Part shown: positions 50,361-63,530 of the stretch, piece by piece | Layout of the letters: each line of letters opens with the position of its first letter | How positions within the stretch are numbered: the first letter of the stretch is position 1 | From: Mobula hypostoma | Taxonomy: Eukaryota | DNA: 64,000 bases | Direction of reading: 5' to 3' | Assembly (NCBI RefSeq): GCF_963921235.1 | Contig: NC_086097.1 | Span: 170,192,001 to 170,256,000, forward strand | The notes under the pieces: model-generated | The model's database searches: none | Told to the model about the DNA's origin: nothing | The model's input: only the letters and a program-made list of their open reading frames with translations | Position numbers and translations under genes: made by a program

Positions 50361-52089
50361 CAAAGATGGAGCAAACAGACCTGAGTTACAACTTGTCAAA
50401 GGTTGTGAGAAGTTATTTTGAGGAGGTTTAGTTATAATCATTTTTTTCTCTATCCCAGATCTGCAATATTGTTATTAATGTTCTGTATCTCCTATTTTCT
50501 AATCTGAACATAAGGGTAACTTTGCTCTATTTAAAAGTGTCAGATCTTACGTGGAATTGATAAGAACTTGACAGACTAATTGGTCTCCTTCCATGCGGTA
50601 ACCATTTGTGATTATAAAAGATATAATGCTGCAAATAAAAAAAAGATATTCATTACTTTAAATCAAGCTTGTAAGGTCAAGGGAAATTGCCTTAAATGCG
50701 TCCAATTGTGCATTGCATATTTATCATTTTGTCTAACTCATATATTCTATGTTCCTGCCATCCAGCTCAATCAGATACATGGCTCTGGTGAATGAAGTTA
50801 TATCATGGTTCAGAAAGTGCACTGTATAGCCTCAGCAGAACTAGGTGTTATCTTTGTACTGAGAAAGGTCAGTCAGAGACCATCGAGCAGAACAAATGTG
50901 TCAACCTGTTGCAGCGTTGCTGCTGATTCAGTCAGCAGTTCAGCAAGATGAAACACACGTATCAAGTATTGAACACCAGAAAATACCGAACTGGAAGCGA
51001 GCACTCATGGTGTTCCGCTGTGTCTGTGTGGTTTGTGCTCATGGATGTATTCTCCACATGAGCATGTGTAAGGCTTGTATGGATTTGCATTAACTGACTG
51101 TTATGCAGGTATCCATGTGAATGCTTTGTGTCTTCTGACTATATCAGTAAGGATGCAACACTTTATTCTTCTTTCAGTTATTGTTTTCCCTTGTACTAAC
51201 TCAGTACACTGATGTGATGAAATGATCTGAATGAAAAACAAAGTTTTTCACTATACCTCAGTACGTGTGACAATAATACACAAATGTACCAATTTACTAT
51301 GTGTTTATGCATGCATATATGTATATACATACATATATATAATGTGCATATGAACACGTGCTGTTTGTTGTGTGTGCTGTGTGTGCACATGTTTTTTATA
51401 GAGCTGCATCATGGTATCCAAGCTCTTAGGCTTATGAAGGCAAGCATATACCAAGTGCCTCATTTACCATCCTATCACCTGTGTTGCCACTTTCAGCAAA
51501 CTATGGTTGCGCCCCAAGTTCTCTCTGTGCATCAACACCCATGCCACTTACTCCAAGTGTCCTGCTGGAATTTAACTTTCCAAAGTGCATTACCTCACAC
51601 TTGTCTGGATGAAATTCTGCCTAACTTTCCAGCTGATCTATGTACTATTGTATCCTAGGAAGACCTTATTCACCATCGCGGGGTTTTTCTGCTGAACTGT
51701 ACTTCACCCGATGTACGAGAATTTGAAACATCACTTCCAAATGGCTTTGTCAACACCTCCTTGTAGACCTCTGAGCTACATTGTCTCTCCACCTCTGCCT
51801 TTAGATGCCTCCCAAGTTTGGAGACATTGCTTCATTGGATCTGCCTGATAACTAGACACCCTAGTTGTACGGAGCCTGAGAAAGGTGGGCTTCTCGTTGA
51901 GGAGTCCAGTGGCTATTAGCAAGGGGCTAATGAGCTGCCTTTCCAGAGAAGCCCAGTAAAAAGAGGTTTCACATTAATAAGAACAATTCAAGTAATTAAG
52001 GCAAAAATCAGCAGGAATGCCTGAATGAAACTGTAATAACTTCATGGGGAAAGTGCCGAGGTTGTTTGTCATGGGTTTCGTTACAGGGC

Positions 52090-52880
52090 TTGGTTAATAA
52101 GTTTGCTGATGACACTTGTGGGCTGCCCCATCACCCTTGGATGTTTTGGTTGTTAACATGCTTCGATCTGAAGTCCGGATCTGAAGATAGGTGGTACAGA
52201 GGACAATGAAAAAAGTTATTAAAAATTACAGAGGGATCTTGATCAGCTGGGTAAGGGGGCTGAGGAATGGTAAATGGAGTTTATTTGGATTAGTGTGATG
52301 CTTTACACATTGAATTTCAAACCACAGTGAATGTTGGAGCCCTGGTGAGTATTGTAGAACAGGGAGTACAACTACATGTCTACTGAAAGTGATTCGCAGG
52401 TGGGCAGGGTTGTGAAGAAGGCTTTTGGGCTTTATAAGTCAGGGATCTTTTCTAAAGTTTGGGAGATTATGATGTAGTTGTACAGGATGCTGGTGAGGCT
52501 GCACTAAGTATTGTGTTCGGTTTTGGTCACATTGCCATATGAAAGATGCTATTCAACTGGAAAGATGGCAGAAAATGTCTTCAAGGATGCTGCCAAGCCC
52601 CGAGGGACTGAAATATAGGGAAAGGAGGAGCAACATTTTTACACAAAGTTTATAGAAACATATTTTCTACTATGTGGAATGAGCTGCCAAAGGAAGTGAT
52701 TAAGTAGATATGGTATCAAATTTTAAAAGACAGTTGGACAGGTAAATGGATTGAAGATGTTTAGAAGGATATGGGCCAAGCACAGGCAATTGGGATTAGC
52801 TCTGGGGTATCTCGGCCGACATGGACCAGTTGTGCTGAAGGGCCTGTTTCCCTCCATGTTTCCATAACCCTATGACCCTG
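52090..52880 (+). mobile_element. Degenerate CR1 3' portion
   Basis: KFADDT at ~52098, QRDLDQLG, GAAGGGCCTGTTTCC 3' UTR. Confidence 0.75.
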
Positions 52881-54109
52881 AGTGGAGGATAGTCATGCAA
52901 ATCAAATGCATAAATTTAAAGCTGTGTAGGCATTAGACTCGATTAACATGAGGGAATTCTGCTGTTCATGCTCCTCCACAAACGTGTCAACTTATGCAGT
53001 GAGGAAAGTAAGAAAGCACCATTACAAAAGGGAGTGAGGTCAGAGGCTTCCATGCCACCCGTACTACATGCATATTGCCCGATGCCTACCTGCTGGTAAT
53101 GCACTAGTCTGGTAACTAAGTGAAATCAAGGTAATGTACTTATTACTAATAACCAGACACTGTATTTAGCTGGAAAATTGCATTAGCATTAGTGGAGACT
53201 TGGTGTGGATCATTCGCTTTTGGAGAACATTGCAGAAGGAGTACGTTGTTAACTTTGTATCTGTGCACCTCTGAATGAATGATCCAGTTAGCCCGAATAC
53301 CCCACACTTTCCACTCACCTTTGCCAATTCTCTCCTCCTTTAATTATTTACTCAGTTTCTTTCTGAGCACTTCTAAATCTGCTTCCTTTGCCCTTTCCAG
53401 ACCACAGGTTGATGGGCTGAGAAATTCTCTTCATCTCTCTTTCCACTGACTCAACTGAAACAGGAATGGAATAATTTTTGTCTCACACAATATGTGGTTA
53501 CTACAGAGCAGAAGGTGCATTATTGGACATTGAATATGTATGCTGTTGAATTGAGATCACTGTGCAGAAAATTTGCATTAAGGGTGAAATTGAACTTGCT
53601 GAGCAAAATCCGAGGTTGAACCGCTGCCACTTATTTGGAAAGGAAGCAGGACTAGTGGGTACACCTAGTAGGATGTCTTTACAGAGCTTTGGAGGTTGCT
53701 GTTCCTCCCAGTATTATTGGCACATATAGGGAAAAGAAAAAGTGGTATTAATGTAGGGCTAGTATGACTGAATGGTTGGCATGGACAGTGGGCTGAAGGG
53801 CCTGTAGTTTGACTCTCTGACACAAAGACCTTTAGGATACCTATTCCAGATGAGCATAGAACAGTACAGTAGAGTACTGGGCCTTCAGTCCGTGAAGTGC
53901 TGAGCTTTAACCTGCTCCATGACAAATCTAACTCTTCCCTCCTACGTAGGCCGCAACCTTCAGTTTCTTTCACTTATATGTTTAAGAGTCTCTTAAATGC
54001 CTTTAGTGCATCAGCCTCTACCACCATCCGTTCTCGAAAAAGTGCCTTCATCAATGATTCTTTTTTTGGATTGAGCATCCAAGTGTGTCCCATCTGAGTT
54101 TAGCCAATG

Positions 54110-54468
54110 CCTCACCACCATCAAAGATCCTTATCACCCAGGTCATGATCTTTCATCACTGCTGCCATCAGGTAGAGGGTACAGGTGCCTCAGAACTTGC
54201 ACCACCAGGTTCAAGAACAGTTACTACCCCTCAACCATCCTGAACAAAAGGGATGACTATACTCATTTAAATACTCTGTATCTTGTTATTTATTGCTATT
54301 ATTTATTATCTGCATTTGCACAGTTTGTTTAAAGTTTACAGATCCTGCTTACAGTTACTGTCCTATAGATTCGCTAAGTATGCCCGCAGAAAAAGAATCT
54401 CAACGTTGAACGTGGTAACATATATACTGTGTACTCTGATAATAAATTTTACTGTGAACTTTGAACCT
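54110..54468 (+). mobile_element. Rex1/Babar 3' end
   Basis: IKDPYHPGHDLSSLLPSGRGYRCLRT.TTRFKNSYYP; tail AATAAATTTACTGTGAACTTTGAAC. Confidence 0.85.
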
Positions 54469-54739
54469 TAGGATACTCAGGCAACCACACTGACCTACTG
54501 AACAAACTACTCCCCAGCAAAGCGGAGTCCATCACTCTTGTTTAACTCTGTCAGTGACAGTGAACTGAATTCAATCAGCATGATACATGGATGTTGCCTT
54601 GAAGCTCAGCTTGGATTTGAATACAAAACTGTTTAGTCTGTTGGTTACTCACCCAGGGCTTATGCACAAACAGGAGATGTGGGGTAGGGAACAGGATAGG
54701 GCTAGATGAGGATAATCTCCTGGGTGTCACTGCCGTTCA

Positions 54740-54815
54740 GTGTGGGTGTGTGTGTGTGTTTGTAAAAGTGTAGGTGTGTGTAGAAATGTGTGTGTGTGTA
54801 CAAGTGTTATGTGTA
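54740..54815. repeat. Imperfect (TG)n microsatellite
   Basis: Read directly. Confidence 0.8.
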
Positions 54816-54831
54816 GATGGTGACATGCTGG

Positions 54832-55423
54832 TGTAATACCCTGGTTCATATTTTTTGCTGTTATGCTGTTCTGTATTTCATTTTGTGCTGTTCTGTGTGA
54901 GCTGCTTGCTTTCCACTTATGTTTGGGTTACTGTTGAAGATAAGAGTTAGGAGAATTGTGTGCCATCCAATTAGGATGGTCGGATTAAGGACAGGGTTTT
55001 CAGGTGAGGGACACTATGGTTGGGCCTGGGGCTATTGTTAAAGAGAGAAGATGCCGGAGAGAAGAGGTCATCGGATTCGACCTGGAGTGGGGCCAAATGT
55101 TGACGAAGCCCGGGGTGATCGATGGAAGATGGGCAATGGGGGATCTGTGAGCTCCAGCTTGTGTGCACATTAGACTGTTTCATTAAAACGGGCTCTTTTT
55201 GTTTTTTCTTTACTAGCTCTTTAGTCAAATTAAGAATTATAAAGCTAAATCCTTTAATTGTATGCAGTGTACTGTCTGTCATTTCATGGCACTCACTTGT
55301 AACAGGATAACAAATTACCCAGCATCCACACAAACAGGGTTTTGGGGTGGGCTCGCGCCTCGTTTGGCGGGGCCAGAGATTGTCTTTCCTAGACTTACGC
55401 AGCCAAGGAAACCAGAGTGTTTA
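54832..55423 (+). mobile_element. Probable solo LTR
   Basis: Starts TGTAATACCCTGGTT and ends AACCAGAGTGTTTA (imperfect terminal inverted repeat); ATTAAA at ~55182; no clear TSD. Confidence 0.55.
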
Positions 55424-55519
55424 ATTTGTCTCTAAGTGAGTGGAGAGTCTATGCATGATGGAACTTATGTATATGTGGGGTGAATGTATATTTCTGTGTG
55501 TGTTTCTTTCCCGTGGTCA

Positions 55520-56130
55520 TTACCAGTTGCCTGTCTGACCCCTAACTATAGAGTCACCTATTACTGCCACCTTCTTCCTTTCCCTACCCTTCTGAGCCAC
55601 AGGGCCAGACTCTGTGCCTGTTGCTTCCCCTAGGTAGGTCATCCCTCCCCAGCAGTACTCAAACAGGAGTACTTATTGTTAAGGGGGACAGCCACAGGGG
55701 TGCTCTCCAGTATCTGACTCTTGCCCTTCCCTCTCCTGACTGTTACCCACTTATCTGTCTCCCGAGGCCCTGGTTTGACTACCTGCCTATAGTTCCTCTC
55801 TGTCACCTCCTCACTCCCCCTGACCAGGCGAAGGTCACTGTGCTGCATCTCCAGTTCCCTAACCCGGACCCGGTCCGTAAGGAGCTGCAGCTCGATGCAC
55901 CTGGAGTAGATATGGCTGTCCGGGAGGCTGGGAGTCTCCCGAACTTCCCACATCTGACAACCAGTACAGAACACTGGCCTCACAGACATACTTCCTGCTT
56001 CTATTCCTCACAGGTAACTTGCCTTGCCTCGACCCAATATCGCTGAAGCCTGAATAAGCCAAAGCCCTACCACTCTGCCTCTGATCGCTCCGTCGATGAC
56101 CGCTCTGCTAGCCAGTGTTTTCCTTTTATG
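55520..56130 (-). mobile_element. CR1 5' end: 5' UTR and ORF1 N-terminus
   Basis: ORF 55639-55989 MSVRPVFCTGCQMWEV...SRCIELQLL...WVTVRRG...VPLNNKYSCL (zinc finger/leucine zipper type of CR1 ORF1). Confidence 0.85.
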
Positions 56131-56271
56131 CCTTTTATCATGAGGGATTCCACATATTCTGCTTCCATCAGAGAGGAGGCTACGTAGCATTCACACCAGG
56201 AGCACCAGGAGCACCAGACTCAAAAACAGTTACTTTCCTCAAACAGAAAAGCTGATCAACACCTCCACCCA

Positions 56272-58588
56272 CTAACTCCCATATCCATAAGATACCTACC
56301 TAGCTCCTTCTTGAAAGCATCCAGAAAATTGGCCTCCACTGCCTTCTGAGGCAGCGCATTCCACACCTCCACTACTCTCTGGGAGAAGAAGTTCCTCCTC
56401 AACTCTGTCCTAAATGACCTACCCCTTATTCTTAAACCATGCCCTCTGGTACTGGACTCTCCCAGCATCTGGAACATATTTCCTCCCTCTATCTTGTCCA
56501 ATCCCTTAATAATCTTATATGTCTCAATCAGATCCCCCCTCAATCTCCTTAATTCCAGCATGTACAAGCCCAGTCTCTCTAACCTCTCTGCGTAAGACAG
56601 TCCGGACATCTCAGAAATTAACCTAGTGAACCCACGCTGCAACTCCTCTACAGCCAGGATGTCCTTCCTTAACCCTGGAGACCAAAACTGCACACAATAC
56701 TCCAGGTGTGGTCTCACCAGGGCCCTGTACAAATGCAAAAGGATTTCCTTGCTCTTGTACTCAATTCCCTTTGTAATAAAAGCCAACATTCCATTAGCCT
56801 TCTTCACTGCCTGCTGCACTTGCTCATTCACCTTCAGAGACTGATGAACAAGTACTCCTAGATCTCTTTGTATTTCTCCCTTACCTAACTCCACACTGTT
56901 CAGATAATAATCTGCCTTCCTGTTCTTGCTCCCAAAGTGAATAACCTCACACTTATTCACATTAAACGCCATCTGCCAAGTTTCTGCCCACTCACCCAGC
57001 CTATCCAAGTCACCTTGAATTCTCCTAACATCCTCATCACATGTCACACTGCCACCCAGCTTAGTATCATCAGCAAACTTGCTGATGTTATTTACAATGC
57101 CTTCCTCTAAATCATTGACGTAAATCGTAAACAGCTGTGGTCCCAATACCGAGCCCTGTGGCACCCCACTAGTCACCACTTGCCATTCTGAGAAACACCC
57201 ATTCACTGTTACCCTTTGCTTTCTATCTGCCAACCAGTTTTCTATCCATGTCAATATCCTCCCCCCAATGCCATGAGCTCTGATTTTACCCACCAATCTC
57301 CTATGTGGTACCTTATTAAATGCCTTCTGAAAGTCAAGGTACACCACATCCACTGGATCTCCCGCGTCTATCTTCCTGGTTACATCCTCGAAAAACTCCA
57401 ATAGATTAGTCAAGCATGATTTGCCCTTGGTAAATCCATGCTGGCTCGGCCCAATCCTATCACTGCTATCAAGATATGCCGCTATTTCATCTTTAGCATC
57501 TTCCCCACTACTGATGTTAGGCTAACAGGGCAATAGTTCTCTGTTTTCTCCCTCCCTCCTTTCTTAAAAAGTGGGATAACATTAGCCATTCGCCAATCCT
57601 CAGGAACTGATCCTGAATCTAAGGAACATTGGAAAATGATCACCAATGCATCTGCAATTTGCAGAGCCACCTCCTTTAGTACCCTAGGATGCAGACCATC
57701 TGGACCTGGGGATTTGTTAACCTTCAGTCCCATCATTCTACTCATCACGGTTTCCTTCCTAATGTCAATCTGTTTCAGTTCCTCTGTTACCCTATGCCCT
57801 TGGCCCATCCATACATCTGGGAGATTGCTTGTGTCTTCCCTAGTGAAGACAGATCCAAAGTACTTATTAAATTCGTCTGCCATTTCTCTGTTTCCCATAA
57901 CAATTTCTCCCAATTCATTCTTCAAGGGCCCAACATTGTTCTTAACTATCTTCCTTCTCTTCACATACCTAAAAAAACTTTTGCTATCCTCCTTTATATT
58001 CCTAGCTAGCTTGTGTTCATACCTCATTTTTTCTCCCCGTATTGCCTTTTTAGTTAAGTTCTGTTGCTCCTTAAAAATTTCCCAATCATCCGTCTTCCCA
58101 CTCACCTTAGGTCTGTTATACTTATTTTTTAATGCTATGCTATCTCTGACTTCCTTTGTCAACCAATGTGGCCACTTTCCCCCCTTTGAATCCTTTCTTC
58201 TCCGGGGGATGAACTGATTTTGCACCTTGTGCATTATTCCCAAGAATACCTGCCATTGCTGTTCCACTGTCTTTTCTGCTAGGATATCCGACCAGTCAAC
58301 TTTGGCCAGCTCCTCTTTGTTCAACAGCAATACTGATACTTCTGATCTGCCCTTATCCCGCTCAACTTGCAGATAAAAACTTATCATATTATGGTCACTA
58401 CCTCCTAATGGCTCCTTTACTTCAAGATCACTTATCAAATCCCGTTCATTGCACAACACTAAATCCAGAATAGCCTTATCCCTGGTCGGCTCTCGTACAA
58501 GCTGCTCCAAAAATGCATCCTGTAGGCACTCTACAAACTCCCTATCCTGGGGTCCAGTACCAACCTGATTTTCCCAGTTCACCTGCAT
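56272..58588 (-). mobile_element. CR1 ORF2 segment, young, truncated at both ends
   Basis: ORFs 57482-58699 (LDLVL, SDHN, KSPGPDG) and 56256-57413 (DFQKAF, GVPQGS, FADDTK); fused at ~56272 to a plus-strand Rex 3' fragment (56140-56272). Confidence 0.93.
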
Positions 58589-58784
58589 GCTTCTTATAAT
58601 CTTACACACATTTAAATCCTGATACACTTGACCCAACAATACTGCTGGAACAACTTTATGGAAGGATTGTAGTGGTTCATAGAGGCACTTTGCCACCACT
58701 TAAGGGGCAATTAAAGATGGGCAGTTAGAACTGGCAAATGCTTTACATTTGGAGAGACTGAGACTATGTAATGAGGGGACAGCT

Positions 58785-59671
58785 TTGAAAGGCTTTCAAA
58801 GCTTGCAGAGGGATTTGGACCAGCTGGAAAAATGGGCTGAAAAATGGCAGATGGAGTTTAATACAGACAAGTGTGAGGTATTGCACTTTGGAAGGACAAG
58901 CCAAGGTAGAACCTACAGGGTAAATGGTAAGGCACCGAGGAGTGCAGTAGAACAGAGGGATCTGGGAATACAGATACAGAATTCTCTAAAAGTGGCATCA
59001 CAGGTAGATAGGGTCGTAAAGAGAGCTTTTGCTACATTGGCCTTTATTAATCAAAGTATTGAGTATAAGAGCTGGAATGTTATGGTGAGGTTGTATAAGG
59101 CATTGGTGAGGCCGAATCTGGAGTATTGTGTTCAGTTTTGGTCACCAAATTACAGGAAGGATATAAATAAGGTTGAAAGAGTGCAGAGAAGGTTTACAAG
59201 GATGTTGCCGGGACTTGAGAAACTCAGTTACAGAGAAAGGTTGAATAGGTTAGGACTTCATTCCCTGGAGCGTAGAAGAATGAGGGGAGATTTGATAGAG
59301 ATATATAAAATTATGATGGGTATAGATAGAATGAATGCAAGCAGGCTTTTTCCACTGAGGCAAGGGGAGAAAGAAACCAGAGGACATGGGTTAAGGGTGA
59401 GGGGGGAAAAGTTTAAAGGGAACATTAGGGGGGGCTTCTTCACACAGAGAGTGGTGGGAGTATGGAATGAGCTGCCAGACGAGGTGGTAAATGCGGGTTC
59501 ATTTTTAACATTTAAGAATAAATTGGACAGATACATGGATGGGAGGTGTATGGAGGGATATGGTCCGTGTGCAGGTCAGTGAGACTAGGCAGAAAATGGT
59601 CCGGCACAGCCAAGAAGGGCCAAAGGGCCTGTTTCTGTGCTGTAGTTTTTCTATGGTTTCTATAGTTTCTA
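58785..59671 (+). mobile_element. CR1 LINE 3' portion, young
   Basis: Open frame GFQSLQRDL...TRGH...GYG; tail TTTCTATGGTTTCTATAGTTTCTA. Confidence 0.93.
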
Positions 59672-60324
59672 CGGATATGGGGCCCTGTATTGGACTTTCT
59701 CACGGGGTGAGGACTGAAGCTTTTTGGTGCGGTGCACCTCTGCTGTATATGTTTACTTTTGCCTTTATATTTTTCTCCCTTTTGCTGCTCAATATTTAGT
59801 TAGATTTTGAAAATAAAAAAAATAAAAAAAATATTTAAAAAATGGGCAGTTAAAGATGTTGCTTTTCAAGGACATCTGCATCTCTTAAATGGCCAGTGAG
59901 AAATTTAAACCCATTAAGTGTCAAGGGTGGAGCAGGTACCAGGCAGGGATGATATGGCCTGGGAGAATGAGTGAGCTGGATATTTGTACCCTGTGCATCC
60001 CCAACATCAAGCAAAACCCATTTGCAACAAGTGCAGAGAAGTTTGTATGTAGTTCAAAACAAGTCATAGAGTCATACAGCATGGAAACAGGTCCTTTGGC
60101 TCAACTGATCCATGCCGACCAACTAGTCCTGTTTACTTGCCTTTAGCCCTTAACCCTTTAACCCTTTCCAATCCATATATCTGTCTAAATACATTTTAAA
60201 TATCACTCATATATCTCCCTCAACCACGTCCTCTGACAGCTCATTCTATAGACTTACCACCATCTGGGTGGGAAAAATTACCCGTCAGTTTCCTAATAAA
60301 TCTCTCCCCTCTCAACTTAAGCCT

Positions 60325-61390
60325 ACACCTTGCATGTTCACATCTACCCTCACCCCATCCTCCCACCACTTCACCAGGGATAGGATTCTTCTAGTACTCA
60401 CTACCACTCCACAAACCTCTGCATCCAGAACACTATTCTCCATAACTTCAGCCATCTCCAATGGGATCCCACCATCAAGTGCATCTTTCCCTACCCCCCC
60501 GCCCCCCCACTTTCCGCTTTCTGCAGGGATCTCTCCCTAGTCCATTTGTCCCTCCCCATTAAACTCTGTCCTGGCACTTATCTTTGCAAGCCGAACCAAT
60601 GTTACATCTGCCCCTACACCTTCTTCCTCACTACCATTCAGAGCCCTAAACAGTTCTTCCAGGTGGGTCATATACTGTATCCTGTCTTTCTGGTGTGGCC
60701 TCCTGCATATCGGTGAGACCTGACATAGATTAGGAGACCACTTCACCGGCACCTGTGTTTGGTATGCCAGAGAAGGTGGGATCTCCCAGTGACACCCGTA
60801 TTAATTCTACTTCCAATTCCCATTCCAAAATATCAGTCTATGGCCTCCTCTACTGCTGTGATAATTCCATACTGAGGTTGAAGGAGTAACACCTTATATA
60901 CTGTGTGGGTAGCCTCCAACCTGATGGTATGAACATCGATTTCTTGAACTTCCAGTAATGGGCCACCTCACTCCCTGGTTCTCCTTGACCATTCCCCATT
61001 CCAGTTTCCCTTTCTTACCTTATCTCCTTACCTGCCCATCACCTCCCTCTGCTCTTCACCCTTCCCTTTCTTCCATAGCCTTCTGTCCTCTCCCATCAGA
61101 TTTCCCCTTCAGCCCTTTATCTTTTTCACCAATTGACTTCCCAGCTTTTTACTTCACCCCTCCCCCACTCCCAGTTTCATCTATCACGTACTACCTTGTC
61201 TTTCTTCCTCTCCACCCCCCACCTTCTTACTTTAACTTCTCGTTTCTTTTCCCAGTTCTGATGAATGGTCTCAGCCCAAAATGTCGACTGTTTACTCTTT
61301 TCCTTAGATGCTGCATAGCCTGCTGAGTTCCTCCAGCATCTTGTGTGTGCTGTTTAGATTTCCAGCATTCATCTGCAGGTTTTCTCTGCT
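60325..61390 (+). mobile_element. Penelope-like element 3' part inside a minus-strand CR1 remnant (~60065-60320 and ~62730-63000)
   Basis: VIYCI..CGLLHIGET..RLGDHF...LGSLQPDGMN-like; hammerhead-like CAGTTCTGATGA...CCCAAAATGTCGACTG at 61253-61290. Confidence 0.85.
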
Positions 61391-61391
61391 T

Positions 61392-62725
61392 AGTGATGAG
61401 ATTACGGCATACCTGGAGGCACATGACAAGGTAGGCCAAAGCCAGCATGGTTTCCTGAAAGGAAAATCCTGCCTGACAAACCTACAGCAATATTTTGAGG
61501 AAATTACAAGCAGGGTAGACAAAGGAGATGTAGTAGATGTGGTGTACTTGGATTTTCAGAAGGCCTTTGACAAGGTGCCACACATGAGGTTGCTTAACAA
61601 GATAAGAGCCCATGGAATTACAGGGGAGTTACTCGCATGGGTGGAGCATTGGCTGATCGGCAGAAAACAGAGAGTGGGAATAAAGGGATCCTATTCTGGC
61701 TGGCTGCCAGTTACCAGTGGGGTTCCACAGGAGTTGGTGTTGGAACTGCTGCTTTTCACAATATATGTCAATGATTTGGACTATGGGATTAACAGATTTG
61801 TGGCTAAATTTGCCAATGATACAAAGATAGGTGGAGGAGCAGGTAGTGTTGAGGAAACAGACAGCCTGCAGAGAGTCTTAGATAATTAAGAGGAATGGGC
61901 AAAGAAGTGGCAAATGAAATACAATGTTGGAAAGTATATCGTCATGCACTTTGGGGGAAGAAATAAACAGGCAGACCATTATTTAGATGGGGAGAGAATT
62001 CAAACTGCAGAGATGCAAAGGGACTTGGGAGTCCTTGTGCAGGATACCCTAAAGGTTAACCTCCAGACTGAGTTGGTGGTGAAGAAGGCAAATGAAACGT
62101 TGTCATTCATTTCTAGAAGTATAGAATATAAGAGCAAGGATGTGATGTTGAGGCCTAGAAGACAGTTAGGAGACCACACTTGGAGTATTGTGTGCAGTTT
62201 TGGGCTCCTTATTTTAGAAAAGATATACTGACATTGGAGAGGGATCAGAGAAGATTCACAAGGCTGATTCCAGGAATGAAAGGATTACCATATGAGGAAC
62301 GTCTGGTAGCTCTTGGGCTGTACTGTCTGGAGTTCAGGAGAATGAGGGGGGATCACATAGAAACATTCCAAATGTTAAAAGGCCTGAACAGATTAGATAT
62401 GGCAAAGTTATTTCCCATGGTAGGGGAGTCTAGAACAAGAGAATTGAAGGACATCCATCTAGAACAGAGATGCGGAGAAATTACTTTAGTCAGAGGGTGG
62501 TAAATCTGTGGAATTTGTTGCCATGAATGGCTGTGGAGGCCAAGTCATTGGGTGCATTTAAGGCTGAGATAGATAGGTTCTTGATTAGCTAGGGCATGAA
62601 AGGGTATGGGGAGAAGGCAGGGAATGGGGATGACTGGAAGAATTGGATCAGCCCATGATTGAATGGTGGAGCAGACTCGATGGGCCGAATGGCCTACTTC
62701 TACTCCTATATCTTATGGTCTTGTG
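61392..62725 (+). mobile_element. CR1 LINE, 5'-truncated
   Basis: SQHGFLKGKSCLTN, DFQKAFDKVPH, KFANDTK, EYCVQFWAP; tail TCTTATGGTCTTGTG. Confidence 0.93.
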
Positions 62726-63269
62726 ATTAAACCTGTACCCCTTGGTTCTTGATTTCCAAATCCTGAGCGAAAGTTTGTATGCATTAACCCCAGCTATGCT
62801 CCTTGTGAGTTTCTACATCTGCACAAGATTCTTTTTTCTCCCACACTCCAATGAGAAAAGTCCTAATCTATTTTACCTAACTCCATAACAGTCCTGGCAA
62901 TATCCTGATAAATCTCCTCTACACTTTTTCTAGCTTCATGGCATATATCCTATAAAATAGTGACCAAAACCAAATCCAATCTTCTAAATGCAGCCTCATC
63001 AGATCTTTGTAGCTAAACCTACTCTAAGATACAGTTAATGCCAATATTTAATAAGCCAGAATTGCACTATACTTGACCAAAATTTCCATCCGTGCTAAGA
63101 TTTGTCTTCTTTATTTAAAGAGATCTCACAAATTACTGGCTTGAACCTCCGTTAAACATTATTGGAGCCTGCAGATCATTTAGCCATAAGATACAAAGGA
63201 GTAGCAGCCTTAAAACAGCAGTTATTACTCTCAACCAGTATTGCATTGATGATTGTTTTTACTTGGTGA

Positions 63270-63530
63270 TACAGTGCAGGATAGGCCCTTTGAGCCGCGC
63301 TGCCCAGCAACCCACCAATTTAACCCTTGCCTAGTTACAGGACAGTTTACAATAACCAGTTATCCTATTAAAAGGTACGTCTTTGGACTGTGGGAGGAAA
63401 GCAGGGCACCTGGTGGAAACCCATGTAAACACAGGAAGAACGTACAAACTTTCTTACAGAGGGCGCTGGAATTCAACTCCGAACTCCAACGCCCCATGTT
63501 GTAGTAGAGTTGCGCTAACCACTGTGCTAC
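63270..63530 (-). mobile_element. V-SINE-like element
   Basis: GTCTTTGGACTGTGGGAGGAAA...GAAGAACGTACAAACT...GGAATTCAACTCC...CTAACCACTGTGCTAC (A and B boxes on the minus strand). Confidence 0.8.

Noticed and set aside
51295..51395. Alternating purine-pyrimidine tract (also ~2300-2385)
   Set aside because: Ordinary degenerate (TA/CA/TG)n microsatellite.
57636..58217. 193-aa plus-strand ORF and similar ORFs (11966-12250, 44324-44683)
   Set aside because: Antisense shadows of LINE coding sequence.
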